Origin: Octopus sinensis
Taxonomy: Eukaryota
Direction: 5' to 3'
NCBI RefSeq assembly: GCF_006345805.1
Contig: NC_043008.1
Coordinates: 6,076,001 to 6,140,000, forward strand
DNA length: 64,000 nucleotides
The notes below the pieces were generated by a model, which was given only the letters and a program-made list of their open reading frames with translations, was not told where the DNA came from and ran no database searches. The position numbers and the translations under genes are program-made. This document shows, one piece after another, positions 48,735 through 62,230 of the stretch (its first letter is position 1; every line of letters begins with the position of its first letter).

Positions 48735-49924
48735 CTGGAAAGTGCAAACAAGATTAACCCTTCCTCTTTCTCCCCGCCCCCACCTTTCCCTCTCTTTACT
48801 TTAACTTTCTTTAGAATTTTCAGTTGGATTTCACATGGTTCTCACTAATAAGATATTGATTTTTCTTCAGTTTTTTGTAATGCTATACACCAACAATTCA
48901 CTGTAGTGTAGTCCAGGGCAATGCCAGGCTGTCCACTGATGCCAGGACCTTTATCATTTAAATAGCTAATTCAAGAAAAGAGATAAAGGGAGATGGAGAC
49001 GAAGGAAGAAAGAGAGCGTGAATGGTAAAGATTGGAAGAATTTTTTGCCCTCTAAATCCATGTAAAATGAATAGTTGAAACATTATAAAGACAAAGTTGA
49101 TGAGATTCTTCTCTGCATTTGCTAATTCTTACGAGAATCTAAATCCTCACTGGATTCAAAGAGCCGAGGCTCTTAAAATTAATTTAGTTTTTCTAGCTTA
49201 TGCATCTCAATGTTTCATATCATATATCTCAGGTTGATCAAATCTTCGTATTTAAACATTTGCAAACACACCCTGGGTGAAATCCACACGTGTATTGGTG
49301 AGTGATATCTTTTAGTTTATCAAGCTTTAATTATAAAATGGAACCAGTATCTACTGTAAAACCAGAGTGTAGTAAGAAATATAATTAAAGTGTGTTCACT
49401 GGAGACATAATGCCTTTCAATGCATTCCAGTTAGTGATCTTTGACATCTGTGGTTGATGATCAATTCAATCAAATCAATCATATATCAAATTGATTAGAT
49501 AAGACTTCCTCCCTATCACTACACTGATTGTATATCAATTTATTTTCTCTCTAAATCTTTAAAAAATCCCCAACGAAGTGTGAATAACGTGTGCGTGTGT
49601 GAGTGTGTGTGTGAGTGTGTGTGAGTGAGTGTGTGTGTGTGAGTGTGTGTGTGAGTGTGTGTGTACATATGTCTATATGCAAGAGAATGGATGCAAGCAA
49701 GACCCAAGACATTCAGAAATCTGATTCCCAATCATATTTGATACCAATGTGCTGCATCTTGGGCAAAAATTTTGCCATTGTCTCAGATTCATTCAAGTCT
49801 TGTCAGTGAAAATGAATAGATGGAAACTATAAAGAAGCCTGTTGGATAGATTGTACCAATGATTTGTAATAATCAAAAGCCAATCTAGTTGTACTGATTC
49901 TACTAGAGTGTCATTATATTAAGG

Positions 49925-50225
49925 GTAGGAGCATGGTTGTTGCCAGTGCAACTGGGCTGGCTCCTGTGCAGGTACCACGTAAAAAACACCTTTTGAGCAT
50001 GGTCGTTGCCAGAACCGCCTGACTGGCTCTTGTGCCGGTGGCATGTAAAAGCACCCACTATACTCTCAGAGTGGTTGGCATTAGGAAGGGCATCCAGCTG
50101 TAGAAACTTTGCCAGATCAGATTGAGCCTGGTGCAGCCTCTGGCTCACCAGTCTTCAGTCAAACCATCCAACCCATGCTAGCATGGAAGGTGCAAGTTAA
50201 ATGATGATTATGATGATGGTGATGA
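49925..50225 (+). mobile_element. Family 3 SINE
   Basis: Family motifs. Confidence 0.85.
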
Positions 50226-51544
50226 TGTTTATGGGATTAGGAATACACAGCCACTTAACTATGCTTGACAGTTCAGTTCATCAAACTGACTGGTATATTC
50301 AATGTTGAAACTGATAGAAATCTGATCCATTTACTGTGTGTGCGTGTGTATGTGTGTGTGTGTGAGAGAGAGAGAAAGAGAGTCACTTATACACCTTCCT
50401 ACTTCTCTTCATCTAGATTGTTTTAAAGATATTGGTTTGCTGTTTGCAAGAATTCTTAAGAACTGCTTTCAAATCAGCTTTATTAATGGAGCATCATCAT
50501 CTCAACATTCTATCAATACTGGACTGAACCATCATTTGAATGGGTTCGTTTGCTTTTAACCAACATAAAACGGAATGACTTTCATTTATTTAATTGATTC
50601 AAACACTTTATACTCAAGGGAGGATATTTATTGAGAAGATAGAACTAGTCACAAAAATTAAGGGGACTAACAGTTGAGCATTATTTTGGAAATTATATCT
50701 CTACACAGATTCTTCTGTGTGTTACCTGCCTCTCCATAGATGACATATCCTGGAGAGTATTCAAACTTCTGTGGCATTAAGTGGTTGAAAAACATATTTC
50801 TCTTGGAACAGAAACAAGAACAGTAACTAAAATCAGTGGCCACCAGGAGATGCTCATCTCCTGCATAAATTGGTCCCTGATTATTCTACATCCCAAGAAT
50901 TTATAACAAGTTTAACTGAATTATTGGCTGTTTAAATCTATTTACCATTTATACAGATCAATATCATTCATGTAATCTAAACAATTCATTTTTCAATCAT
51001 CAACAGGCTAGAATTCTATTGATTTTGAAATCTGCAAAACCTAATCTTATTGCTTGGTTTGATAATAAAATAGATTCAAAGGTATCGTGATTCCTGATAT
51101 TACAAAACAAAATTAAAAATCTACTTTCACTTTCTTCTCAGCAGGGCCTAAATAATAACAGAAAATTACAATGAATATGACTTACTGATGAATCTTTGGT
51201 TATTTTTAACTTCTGAATATTTGTTTTGATAGAATTTGATTGATGAATGAATAATTTTCCTCTCTTCTCCTATTAAATGTAACATTTCGATAAAGATATT
51301 CGGTTTTTATCAAAGCTTGTTCAATCTTCAATGGTTCACACCATAAACTAGAGCTGTTGAAATTGCTTTCTTGAAGCGAGTTTTGAGAATAAATTCAGTT
51401 TGAAAAAGACTGTTAAGTTAAATTTTCATAGATTCTAACACTAATTACAGCTGTTTCCATTGTATAAAGGAACAACGACAATTTAGGATCTTGTTCCCAC
51501 TGAGAAACTAAGGTTATATTACAGAGTAATCATCTGCATGGAAT

Positions 51545-51800
51545 TTATCATCACCATCATTTAATGTCCATTTTCCATGCTGGTATGGGTTGGGTGGTTT
51601 CACAGGAGCTGGCAAGGCTGGAGAGGTGCACCAGGCTCCAATGTCTGGTATGGCACGGTGTCCTACAGCTGGATGCTCTTCATAACATCAACTACTTTAC
51701 AGAGAGTACTGAGTGCCTTTTATGAGGCAACACCACCAGTGTTTCTACATAACACCAGCACCAGTGCTTTTATTGTGGCACCAACACCAACAGAGTCACC
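51545..51800 (-). mobile_element. Family 3 SINE, diverged
   Basis: Family motifs. Confidence 0.75.
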
Positions 51801-52124
51801 AAGTCACATGCAAGACAAGATCATAAAGAACTTTTGCTCTACTATCAAGGAAATAAATAAATATTTGCTTCTACATTTGGGCATTTTTATTTTGGTATAG
51901 TCATCACTAACATTGACTGTTTATATTTTATGCCTTATCAGACATTCAGTTAATATACCAGAGTAGCTTTATACAGACTAATTAATAAACTGTCAAACTG
52001 AGTCATAAATTAATTCACTCACTACAAAGCTTGGAATGTAAATTCTCTATTTTTAATAACCAAACAATGTTAGCCTTACTGTGAAAACTAAACAAAAACA
52101 AAATGGTTCCTCTACAAGTTTATG

Positions 52125-52325
52125 ATGATGATCATCATCATCGTTTAACGTCCACCTTCCATGCTAGCATGGGTTGGACGGTTCGACCAGGGTCTGGGAA
52201 GCCAGGAGGCTGCACCAGGCTCCAGTCTGATCTGGCAGTGTTTCTACAGCTGGATGCCGTTCCCAATGTCAACCACTCCGTGAGTGTAGCGGGTGCTTTT
52301 TACGTGCCAGGCGAGGCTGGCACCC
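52125..52325 (-). mobile_element. Family 3 SINE
   Basis: Family motifs. Confidence 0.9.
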
Positions 52326-53339
52326 ATAGACAAAAATAGGAACTGTGATAGATCTTTGAGACCCGGAAAAATAAAAGCTGTGGTGTAATTACTGTGAAGC
52401 TAAAATTATTTCTTAATTAAAACTAGCCTACCTTATTTGGTAAAGTGTGCAGTAAACGGACAAGAAATGAGTTGGGTCTCTTTTGCTTCTGTGTTTGATA
52501 GTGTGGATATTTTGTTTGCATAAAAACTACATTAACATATAAAATCTACATTAACATATTCATATGTATGTATTCAGTGCATCATTAACAGAAAAACAAA
52601 ACACCAAATAAATAAATATACATATATATATACATTAAGTTACAAAAATATATCTAAGTTTAAGCAAGCTTCATCATTGTGGTTATTAATATCATTTCTA
52701 TTAAAGAAAAAAAAAATTCTGGTGGGGATTAAATTTCAATGAAGCTTGCAAAAATAAAAATATATAAAAAATAAAAAAAAAACAATGGTGCAAAAATCAA
52801 TACATTGAAAAAAAAAAAAGGCTAAGTGAACAGGAACTAGAGTTGATTGGAGAAATACATGTTGTTGTTGTTGGCTTAGCTTGATGATTTGACTGACAGT
52901 TATTGCATGCAAAATATCAAGAATTTCAGTTAATTTTGAGAATCATTCACGAACCTACCATTCCTGTTATTTGATTATTTCTATTTCTCTCAACTCTTTC
53001 CTAAATGAACAAACCTTTTTTCTAAGTGAGTCAACAAGTCAGTTATTACAGCTGGAAACAAATTTTATGACTACGTTTGAACTGTGATTTATTCCAATTT
53101 TAGTTAGTGATACAGTAGTAGCATTTAGTGTGAGATTTATTAGTTTTATTAGTGACATAACAGCACTGCTGTAAAAGCATGAAATAGAAGAGACGTTACC
53201 GATATTGCAACAAATGTTAAGGTATAGAGACAAACTTCTTAGTGTTGGGCATTTCTAAGTGTTATGAAATAATTCCAAACGTTAATAAGAGAAGCAGTTA
53301 ACACTGATTAGAAGCAGTAGACATGCTCAGCCCCTATGA

Positions 53340-53722
53340 TACTCTTTTACTTGTTTCAGTCATTTGAATGTGGCCATGCTGGAGCACCGCCTTTAGTCGA
53401 GCAAATCAACCCCGGGACTTATTCTTTGTAAGCCTAGTACTTATTCTATCGGTCTCTTTTGCCGAACCGCTAAGTTATGGGGATGCAAACACACCAGCAT
53501 CGGTTGTCAAGCGATGTTGAGGGGGGACAAATACACACACACACATATATACATATATATACGATGGGCTTCCTTCAGTTTCCGTCTACCAAATCCACTC
53601 ACAAGGCTTTGGTCAGCCCGAGGCTATAGTAGAAGACACTTGTCCAAGGTGCCATGCAGTGAGACTGAACCCAGAACCATGTGGTTGGTAAGCAAGCTAC
53701 TTACCACATAGCCACTCCAGCA
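53340..53722 (-). mobile_element. Family 1 SINE, near consensus
   Basis: Family motifs. Confidence 0.9.
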
Positions 53723-54047
53723 CCTATCTGATACTTTAGTCAAATTTCATAGAAAACAATGTACTTTGTTATGGCTTAGTTGTTGTATAACCACAGGTCA
53801 ACTCTAATTGAGAAGGTTTAGGATCAGAAATGTCTGACTCATGGCCATACCCCTTGTTTTCAGGCATAGTGCACCTGGAATTATATTGTCCAAGGTGTCT
53901 TTTTTTTCATTAAAAAGAGGAAGTGTGTGATATGATATAAATTTGGCAACTATTTCCTGTAGAGTCAGCAACTAAGCACAGACTCTGCATAGAATGCAGC
54001 GAGGCTGGTAGAGCATCTTGCTAATGTTTGATGTCCAGCCTCTTTAA

Positions 54048-54266
54048 CCCTTTAGCATTCAGATTATTCTGTCAAATATAATATTTATTCATCCATATTG
54101 TTTTAAGCTAATCATGCATTATTTCGTAACTTTAAGATTTCGATGATGTTATCACCTGTTTTTAGATTGACATTATAGGTTGGTATGAAATACCAAATCT
54201 GGGCAGTTTTAACAGAAAACAGGTAGATTATTTGGGCCGGATATGGCCAGTTTAAACACTAAAGGG
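54048..54266 (+). mobile_element. piggyBac-type MITE
   Basis: TTAA|CCCTTTAG...CTAAAGGG|TTAA: CCC-initiated TIRs with TTAA target duplication. Confidence 0.85.
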
Positions 54267-55047
54267 TTAATTATGCTAAAGGATGACCAAAGTGTATAAA
54301 GTAGAGTTTAATGAAGAGATAAGACTTCAAATATTTTAGTGCAATGTGCCTTGGTTTTTGCTTGGATAAAGTAGAACTAAACACTGCATCATATCCATGG
54401 GATAAGAGTATTTTAGGATGATAATGTTGAGTTAAGAACAACTGAACATGAAGAAATATGTGGTACAGGGAAAACTAGTTTCATCCGAGTTCCCAACATT
54501 TTCAAAAAATTTTTCAGTTTTAATGCAGTTGTCTTCCTGAGTTGATGGTCTCTCGTGAACCAGAGGATTATTGTTAATAATTAGTAACTTTGTTAATATC
54601 ATGTGATTCATTAGGATCATTAATGTGATTACAATCACGCATTTTATTCATAACATGAGGTTTTGAACCTTTAATAGTGGAATATCTTTGAAGACAGTTC
54701 TTGCAGAAACTCATATTCAGAAGAACTTATTCTGTTTGTTATACATGGGGATGGTCATATTTTGCCAATTAAGCACATGCACTATATAATTGGTCTTCAC
54801 TTCAGCTTTATTATCACTATTTTAGTTTCATCACACATCCTGTGACCTTCTCAGCAACTTTTTAAAAAACAAACAAACCATAAGTTGGAGAGATTTTCCA
54901 GCTGCCAGTTTGTAAAACAGTAATTGTAAAGTGTAAACATATTAAATTATGCAAATTAAGCTGAGATTATTTGCATGTAGTGTCTATGTCTACCATGTCA
55001 CAGTGCCGACTTCAAGCAACAAAAGTTTCTTTATGCTTGAATATTAA

Positions 55048-55282
55048 CCCTTTACAGCATTTAAACTGACCATATCTGGCCCAAATGATTATACCTGTTT
55101 TATCTTCAAACTGACCAGAGCTGACCTCTTACACTAACACTATAATGTCATTGCAGAAATAAACAATCAAGTCATCGAAATCTCAGAGCTACAAGATAAT
55201 GCATGATTAATTCAAAACAATGTGAATAAATAAGCATTACATTTGACGGGGTAACCTGTCAAATGTAATGCTTGACAAAGGG
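55048..55282 (-). mobile_element. piggyBac-type MITE, inverted copy with rearranged end
   Basis: Reverse complement of 54048-54266, preceded by TTAA at 55044-55047. Confidence 0.75.
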
Positions 55283-55356
55283 TCGAAGTATATGTGTCAA
55301 CAAACCAATGTCAAGTGGTTGCTTCATAATTAATATAATGTTAATGGTGAGTTTAA

Positions 55357-55577
55357 TCCTTTAGCATCTTGATTATTATGTTAAATTAATGCTAATTTAT
55401 TCACATAGTTTTGTATTAACCATGCAGTATTTTGCAGTTTCAACATTTTTGACAATGTGATTGTTTTATTTTTAGAATGACATTGTAGGGTAGGTATGAG
55501 AGGTTAGATCTGGCCAGTTTGAACATAAAACAGGTTTAATATTTAGGCCGGATACGGCGGGTTTAAATGCTGTAAGG
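55357..55577 (+). mobile_element. piggyBac-type MITE, third copy
   Basis: TTAA at 55353-55356 and 55578-55581; same internal sequence. Confidence 0.75.
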
Positions 55578-56439
55578 TTAAATGATTTTAATGTTTCTAT
55601 TAGTAAAATATATAGCCCAATATTTAGTCACACAAGGCCAAGCCGAGTGATGAAATATAAAGAGTTGACCCTCATCAGCAGGACATCATTAAATATGAAA
55701 CATATTTAATTTCTGCCATTAAATATGAATTTGCCGGTTGATTCTTCAGAGTACCAGGCAGGGTAAGTTAATACATTTTGTTATTTTGGCCTTCTCTGAA
55801 AAAATTCCATCATTTATGCCACGATGGGTAAATCATGATGTTGTTTTTACTGTTAATTTGATTGCTGCTAAAATTCCCCAGTCTTTGATCATTTTTTTTT
55901 TTAAACATTTAATGCCATCTACGATTACTTGGAATATTATAATTGCTACATTTTAGAGATGATGTGTCTAGCAACGCATCAGATATTCAAATTATAGATA
56001 AATATGCTACTGCTTTTAGTTTTTCTTTTCAAATTGATTTAACCTATATTTATCCTTACTTTATAAACACAAAAATATATTAGTAAGCAGATATGTAATG
56101 TTAAGGTAAAATAAATATCGAAACATACTAAAGAAGAGAGAGTTAGACATAAAAAAAATCTTAGATGAACAGAGAGAGAGTGAGTGAGAGAACGAGAGAG
56201 AACGAGAGAGAGAGAGAGTAAAGAAGATTGAAAATAGATAAGAAAGAATAAAAGACAGGCAAGCAACAAAGAAGCTGCATTAAAGCAGAAATCCAATCCA
56301 CCTCTTCTGTGTGATATGTGAAATGGTCTGCATATTTATATCAATCAACAAAGAAAAAATCAATACGTCTTTGTAATGCATATAATTTCAGTTAAATGCA
56401 TGTTCTCAACATGTATATAGCCTCTTCTACAGAAACATC

Positions 56440-56444
56440 ATGAT

Positions 56445-56506
<62 letters not shown>

Positions 56507-56683
56507 TAGTAATAATAATAATGGTAATAATAATAATAATAATGGTAATAATAATAATAATAATAATAATGATGATGATGATGATGATGATAATGATGAT
56601 GATGATAATAATAATAATGATGATAATAATAATAATAATAATAATAATAATAGTAGTAATAATAATGATAATAATGGTAATAA

Positions 56684-56715
<32 letters not shown>

Positions 56716-56913
56716 ATGATGATGATGATGATGTTGATGATGATGATAATAATGATGATGATGATGATAATGATGATGATGATGATAATAATGATGATGA
56801 TAATAATAATAATAGTAATAGTAATAATAATAATTATAATAATAAAAAAAATAATGATGATGATGATGATGATGATGATGATAATAATGATGATAATAAT
56901 AATAATAATAATG

Positions 56914-56949
<36 letters not shown>

Positions 56950-56961
56950 GTAATAATAATG

Positions 56962-56998
<37 letters not shown>

Positions 56999-57021
56999 TA
57001 ATAATAATAATAATAATAATC

Positions 57022-57055
<34 letters not shown>

Positions 57056-57125
57056 TAATAATAATAATAATAATCATAATGATCAGAAGAAGAAGAAGAA
57101 GCAGCAGAAGAAGAAGAAGAAGAAA
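56440..57125. repeat. ~650-bp (ATA)n/(ATG)n compound microsatellite followed by (AGA)n
   Basis: Direct inspection. Confidence 0.95.
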
Positions 57126-58459
57126 ATGTAGCTAGTTTCTATGAGGTTGGCAGCTCTTTAAAAACATCGCTCTTCTATTTATAGCATCCAATAAAGAAAT
57201 GAACACGTTGCAAAATTAACTGATTGCAAGTTGTAAGATTTAGCAATATTTTAAATTAACAAGTCTCGCTAAACAAGCAGTTATTAAATTAAAACTGTTC
57301 GAACATCAGGTGACCTTAAATTGACAACAACAGCATTTACAACAATACCGTATTAGTGTTTAGTAAAATTACTAAGACAACTAAATATTTTTATTGGAGC
57401 AAATAAGAAATAAAAATGTGCAGACAGTAAAACAAGACATTCAGTGCAAAGTATGTGCAACACAGAAAGGAAAGAGATCGGTTTTAAGTGGCAGAACATA
57501 TTACAGGCAGCCCAGATCACTGTAGCTTTTCAGGAATGGTTACAAGCAAGTTGCTCTTCAGATGGTACACCACACTAACAAGTGATGAAAACAGAAGTTG
57601 AATCTAGGGAAAAAACTCCAAAAGTAAAACACATTATAGAATTATTAGTTAATTAATGTACTGTTAATTAATGTACTGTTAATTAATGGTTTTAAGGGAA
57701 AGAAGAAGAAAAAAAATCAACTTGAGAGTTAACAACATGGAGTATTTTTGCTCAATGTGAGCAGAGGTTCTGTAAAACAGAGTAAAATACTTATCAATCT
57801 TAAAGACTTTAATTTGATCTTTAAACTGTTCAAGACTTTTAAAGTCTTGAAAAGTTTGTTGTAAGCACTTTACAAAAAAAGGGGTCGAAGTCAGAAGCAA
57901 TCTTCTATCTTTATAGAGACTGGTCTTTTAAAAAGCATGAACGAAACAGAATCTCATTCGTTCTCATTCCATAATTCTTCTAAGTGATCATAATTATGGT
58001 AATAATTTTAGAGTCACTCCTAAATGAGAACAATAACAATTTCTATAACCTTGCTTAATTATATTTCTAATTACAATAAACAGACAAATAATTACATCAT
58101 TAGCTGAATGGAATTGAATTTACATTCTCACTGGTACTTCATTAAATGGCGAATCTTTAGAGTACTGGATGAACTACGTTGTTATATTTCTTCACTCCTT
58201 ACACTCTTGAAGTCAGAGTCTGCTGATGTGAATTTGGTAGCAACATTAGTTCCCATTCAGGAATTCTGAACAGGAACTGATATTGGTACCTGCACTGAAC
58301 TACAGTAGCCCAATATGCAGAAGCCATCTTAATATCTCCTTCATCAAGTCCCATGTGCCTGGTGTGTTAAGTTCAATTCTATGAGTCCATGAAATTTCAA
58401 GTTGCATGGTGCTGAATCAAATAGCTATTAAATAATACATATAACTCCTACCAAATGTG

Positions 58460-58513
<54 letters not shown>

Positions 58514-58584
58514 ATGTATATGTATATATATGTAACATCCAGGGATTGAGGTGTAGGAAGAAAGTGAGCTTCAAGCAACCAATC

Positions 58585-59000
58585 ATCATCCTCATCGTCG
58601 TTTTATGTCTGCTTTCCATGCTGGCATGGGTTGGACAGTTTGGCTGAGGACTGGCAAGCCTGGAGGCTGCACCAGGCTCCAATCAGATCTGGCAAAGTTT
58701 CTACAGCTGGATGCCCTTCTTGATGTCAACCACTCCAAGAGTGTAGTGGGTGCTTTTTACGTGCCACTGGCATGAGGGCCAGTCTGGTGATACTGGCATC
58801 ATCAGCATCATCTTCATTTAGCATCTGCTTTCCATGCTGGCATGGGTTGGATGGTTTGACTCAAACTGGTAAGCTGAAGAGCTGCACCAGGCTCCAATCT
58901 GTTTTGGTATGGTTTCTACAGTGGGATGCCCTTCCTAATGCCAACCACTCCAAGAGTGTAACAAATGTTTTTTTTACTTTCCACTGGCACACGACACTGG
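58585..59000 (-). mobile_element. Two tandem family 3 SINEs
   Basis: Family motifs occur twice. Confidence 0.85.
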
Positions 59001-59149
59001 CATTGGCCACAATTAGGATTTCACTTCACTTGACAAGTCTTTTCAAACCTAACATATCACCAAAGGTCTCGGTCACTCATCACCTCTATGAGGCCCAATG
59101 TTCGAAGGGTACTTTTTACACACCACTGGCACAGGTGCCTGTTAAGTGA

Positions 59150-59490
59150 CACCGACATCAGCCATGACTACAGTTTCACTCAACTTGATGGGTCTTCTCA
59201 AGCACGGCATATCACTAAAGATCTTGGTCACTTGCCATTGCCTCCATGAGGTCCAACATTTGAAGATCACGCTTCTCCAGTCCGTCCCATGTCTTCCTGG
59301 GTCGACCTCTTCCACAGGTTCCATCCACAGAGACCAACACTTTTTTACACAGCTGTCCTTATCCATACCCATAACGAGACCATACCAGCACAGTTGTCTC
59401 TCCTGCACACATCTGACATCTCTTATATCCAGCTTTTCTCTCAAGACACTTACACTCTGTTGTACATGCACACTGCCATTGCTCATCCAG
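59150..59490 (-). pseudogene. RTE-clade LINE 3' end
   Basis: LREKLDIRDVRCVQERQLCWYGLVMGMDKDSCVKKCWSL matches the RTE C-terminal RRLRWYGHV.RMD..S.VKKC pattern. Confidence 0.85.
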
Positions 59491-59491
59491 T

Positions 59492-59532
<41 letters not shown>

Positions 59533-59799
59533 CAAGGATTCTCCTGCCATTAGACAACATATGAGGGTTCAGCAATTTCTTGGCGAACAAACACAGATGA
59601 TCAAATGTTTGTGTACACATAAGCTCACTCCCTCTCAAATTGATATTACCTGTACAGGTGCACCATGTGCTACATGTCAGATGATGAAATGATTGCAGAG
59701 CAATGTGAAATGAGAAGTGCTTCCCTCAAGAAAACAATGCAATGCTTGACCTGGGAATCAGAACCACGATCTCACAATTGTGAGTGTAACATCCTAACC

Positions 59800-59883
59800 A
59801 CTATGCCATATATATGTATATAATATATACATATATATATACATATGTACATATATATATGTACACACATATATATATATATA

Positions 59884-59965
<82 letters not shown>

Positions 59966-60100
59966 TATAAATATAAATATATATATATAAATATAAATAT
60001 ATATATATACATACATACATAGATACAAACATACATGATGAACGGGAATGTGAAACTCCGAGTAACAGCTTTTGTTGAATTTCTGCTGCTTTTAAATAAA

Positions 60101-60153
<53 letters not shown>

Positions 60154-60245
60154 TATACATACATATGTACATATATATATGTGCGTGTGTGTATATATGT
60201 GTATATATATGTGTGTGTGTGTGTGTGTATATATACATATAGCAT
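59800..60245. repeat. (TA)n/(CA)n microsatellites
   Basis: Direct inspection. Confidence 0.95.
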
Positions 60246-61003
60246 AACCAAGGCCCTAGATGCTTCCTGATCCTGCTGACTTCTTAATTAGTACCATAGG
60301 TAGGTACATAGCATTGTTGTAACAGCAGCAGCAGCAACAACACTGCATAAACAACACATTTTTCGTTACATTTCAACCAGTTCCATCCTCACCATTCCAA
60401 AATGGATTTCACACAAACGAATCCAAGACAAGATTAACAATGGCAGTGGGGGGGAGTAGCGTTATTAATGGTGGTAGTTGAATAGTCTATTATTCTGTCT
60501 TTATACACAGAAGTTATTTCCTGTTATCAATGTAAACTTGTATATTTATTTATTTCCTCTTCCTCCTCCCATCAGCCTTCTTAAGTTTTGGTACCTTTCA
60601 GAGAGAATAAAACCATTAGTATGGCACCCTGTGTTCTGTCATTATTTCACCTGGAGCATCAAACACTACTACTACAACTACTACTACCCACTGGCTTTGC
60701 AAGCAATCAATGGTTTACCATCTGAACAATGCTAATATATCAGATATGATTATTTCCTTTTTTTCTTTTCTTTCTTTTTTTTTTTGTGTATTTCAACATC
60801 ACACAGTCTCTTATCCTCAACACAATCAACCTAAGGCCTTCTGCATCATCATCATCATCATCATCATCATCATTCCCACTGCAAGAAATCGATATATGGT
60901 AGATAAGAAATCTAAACAGTTGTATTTGTATGTGTGTACACAACACAGATGTTCTTGGAAATTATGTACAAACACACACACACACACACACACATACACA
61001 GCA

Positions 61004-61034
<31 letters not shown>

Positions 61035-61089
61035 CATTTGTAAAAAACATAAATCCAAAAGAAGAAGCCTACTATAAGATGTAGAGCAG

Positions 61090-61422
61090 TATATATTACT
61101 GCTCTACATCTTAGAGAGAGAGAAATATATAGAGATAGAGAGAGATAGAGAGATAGAAGAGAGAGAGAGAGATAGAAGAGAGAGAGAGATAGAAGAGAGA
61201 GATAGATAGAGAGAGAGATAGAGAGAGAGAGACGTACACAAATATTTAACCGTATATACAAATAATTAATCTATAAATATTCAATGCATATATACATGCA
61301 TTCTAAATCAAAAGTATATATATGTATGTGTGTGTGAGTATATATATATATATATATTATATATATATATATATAAGTGTATACACACCCATATATATAT
61401 ATATATATAAGTGTATACACAC

Positions 61423-61461
<39 letters not shown>

Positions 61462-61525
61462 CATACCATGTATAAGTGTGTAGGCATACATACATATATA
61501 TATATATATTACACATATACATATA

Positions 61526-61559
<34 letters not shown>

Positions 61560-61600
61560 CATATATATATATACAATATATACACACATATATAAACATG

Positions 61601-61642
<42 letters not shown>

Positions 61643-61650
61643 TGTGTAGA
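61090..61650. repeat. (GA)n and (TA)n/(TG)n microsatellites
   Basis: Direct inspection. Confidence 0.95.
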
Positions 61651-61664
61651 TATGTAGATCTTTT

Positions 61665-62230
61665 ATCGTATTTGTTTCAGTTATTAGAGTGTGGCCCAGC
61701 TGGAGTACTCTTTGAAGAATTTTAGCCAAATGAATTGACTCCAGTATTCTTTTATAAACCTGGTACTTATCTTATTGCTCTCTTTTGTCAAACCACTAAG
61801 TTACAGGGATGTCAAGACACAAACACTGGCTGTGAAGCAGTGATGGGGGACAAACACACACGATGGACTTCTTTCATTTTCCATCAACCAACTCCACTTA
61901 CAAAGCTTCGGTTGGCTATGACTATAGTAGAAGAACTTGCCCAAGGTTCTATGAAGTGGGACTGAAACCAAAACCATGAGATTAGGAAGTAAGCTTCTTA
62001 CTGCACACCTATACATATGTATCATCATCATCATCCTCGTTTAATGCCCATTTGCCATGTTGGCATGGGTAGGACAGTTTGACAGGGAGTGGCAAGGTGG
62101 GAAACTACACCCAGCCCAGCTGATTTCTATGGTTGAGGGCCCTTCCTGATGCTGACCATTTAACAGGGTTTTACTGAGTGCTTTGTATGTGGCACCAGCA
62201 CTAATGAGGTCACCAAGTATCTTACAGAAC
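61665..62230 (-). mobile_element. Diverged family 1 SINE followed by a family 3 SINE
   Basis: Family motifs. Confidence 0.75.

Noticed and set aside
49098-49150. TTGATGA-GATTCT...AGAATC-TAAA
   Set aside because: Good stem II, but C3 and G12 are missing and stem I is unconvincing.
54432-54638. ORF with NSDETSF resembling a pogo DDE motif
   Set aside because: A single short motif with no other transposase features or TIRs.
56427-57135. 216-aa and 231-aa ORFs (poly-I/M)
   Set aside because: Pure trinucleotide microsatellite. The same applies to the poly-YI/CV/HT ORFs at 2749, 11706-12280, 27055-27538, 47926-48409, 59772-60251 and 61271-61729.
57645-57690. 15-bp tandem repeat GTTAATTAATGTACT x~2.7
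   Set aside because: Ordinary slippage duplication.
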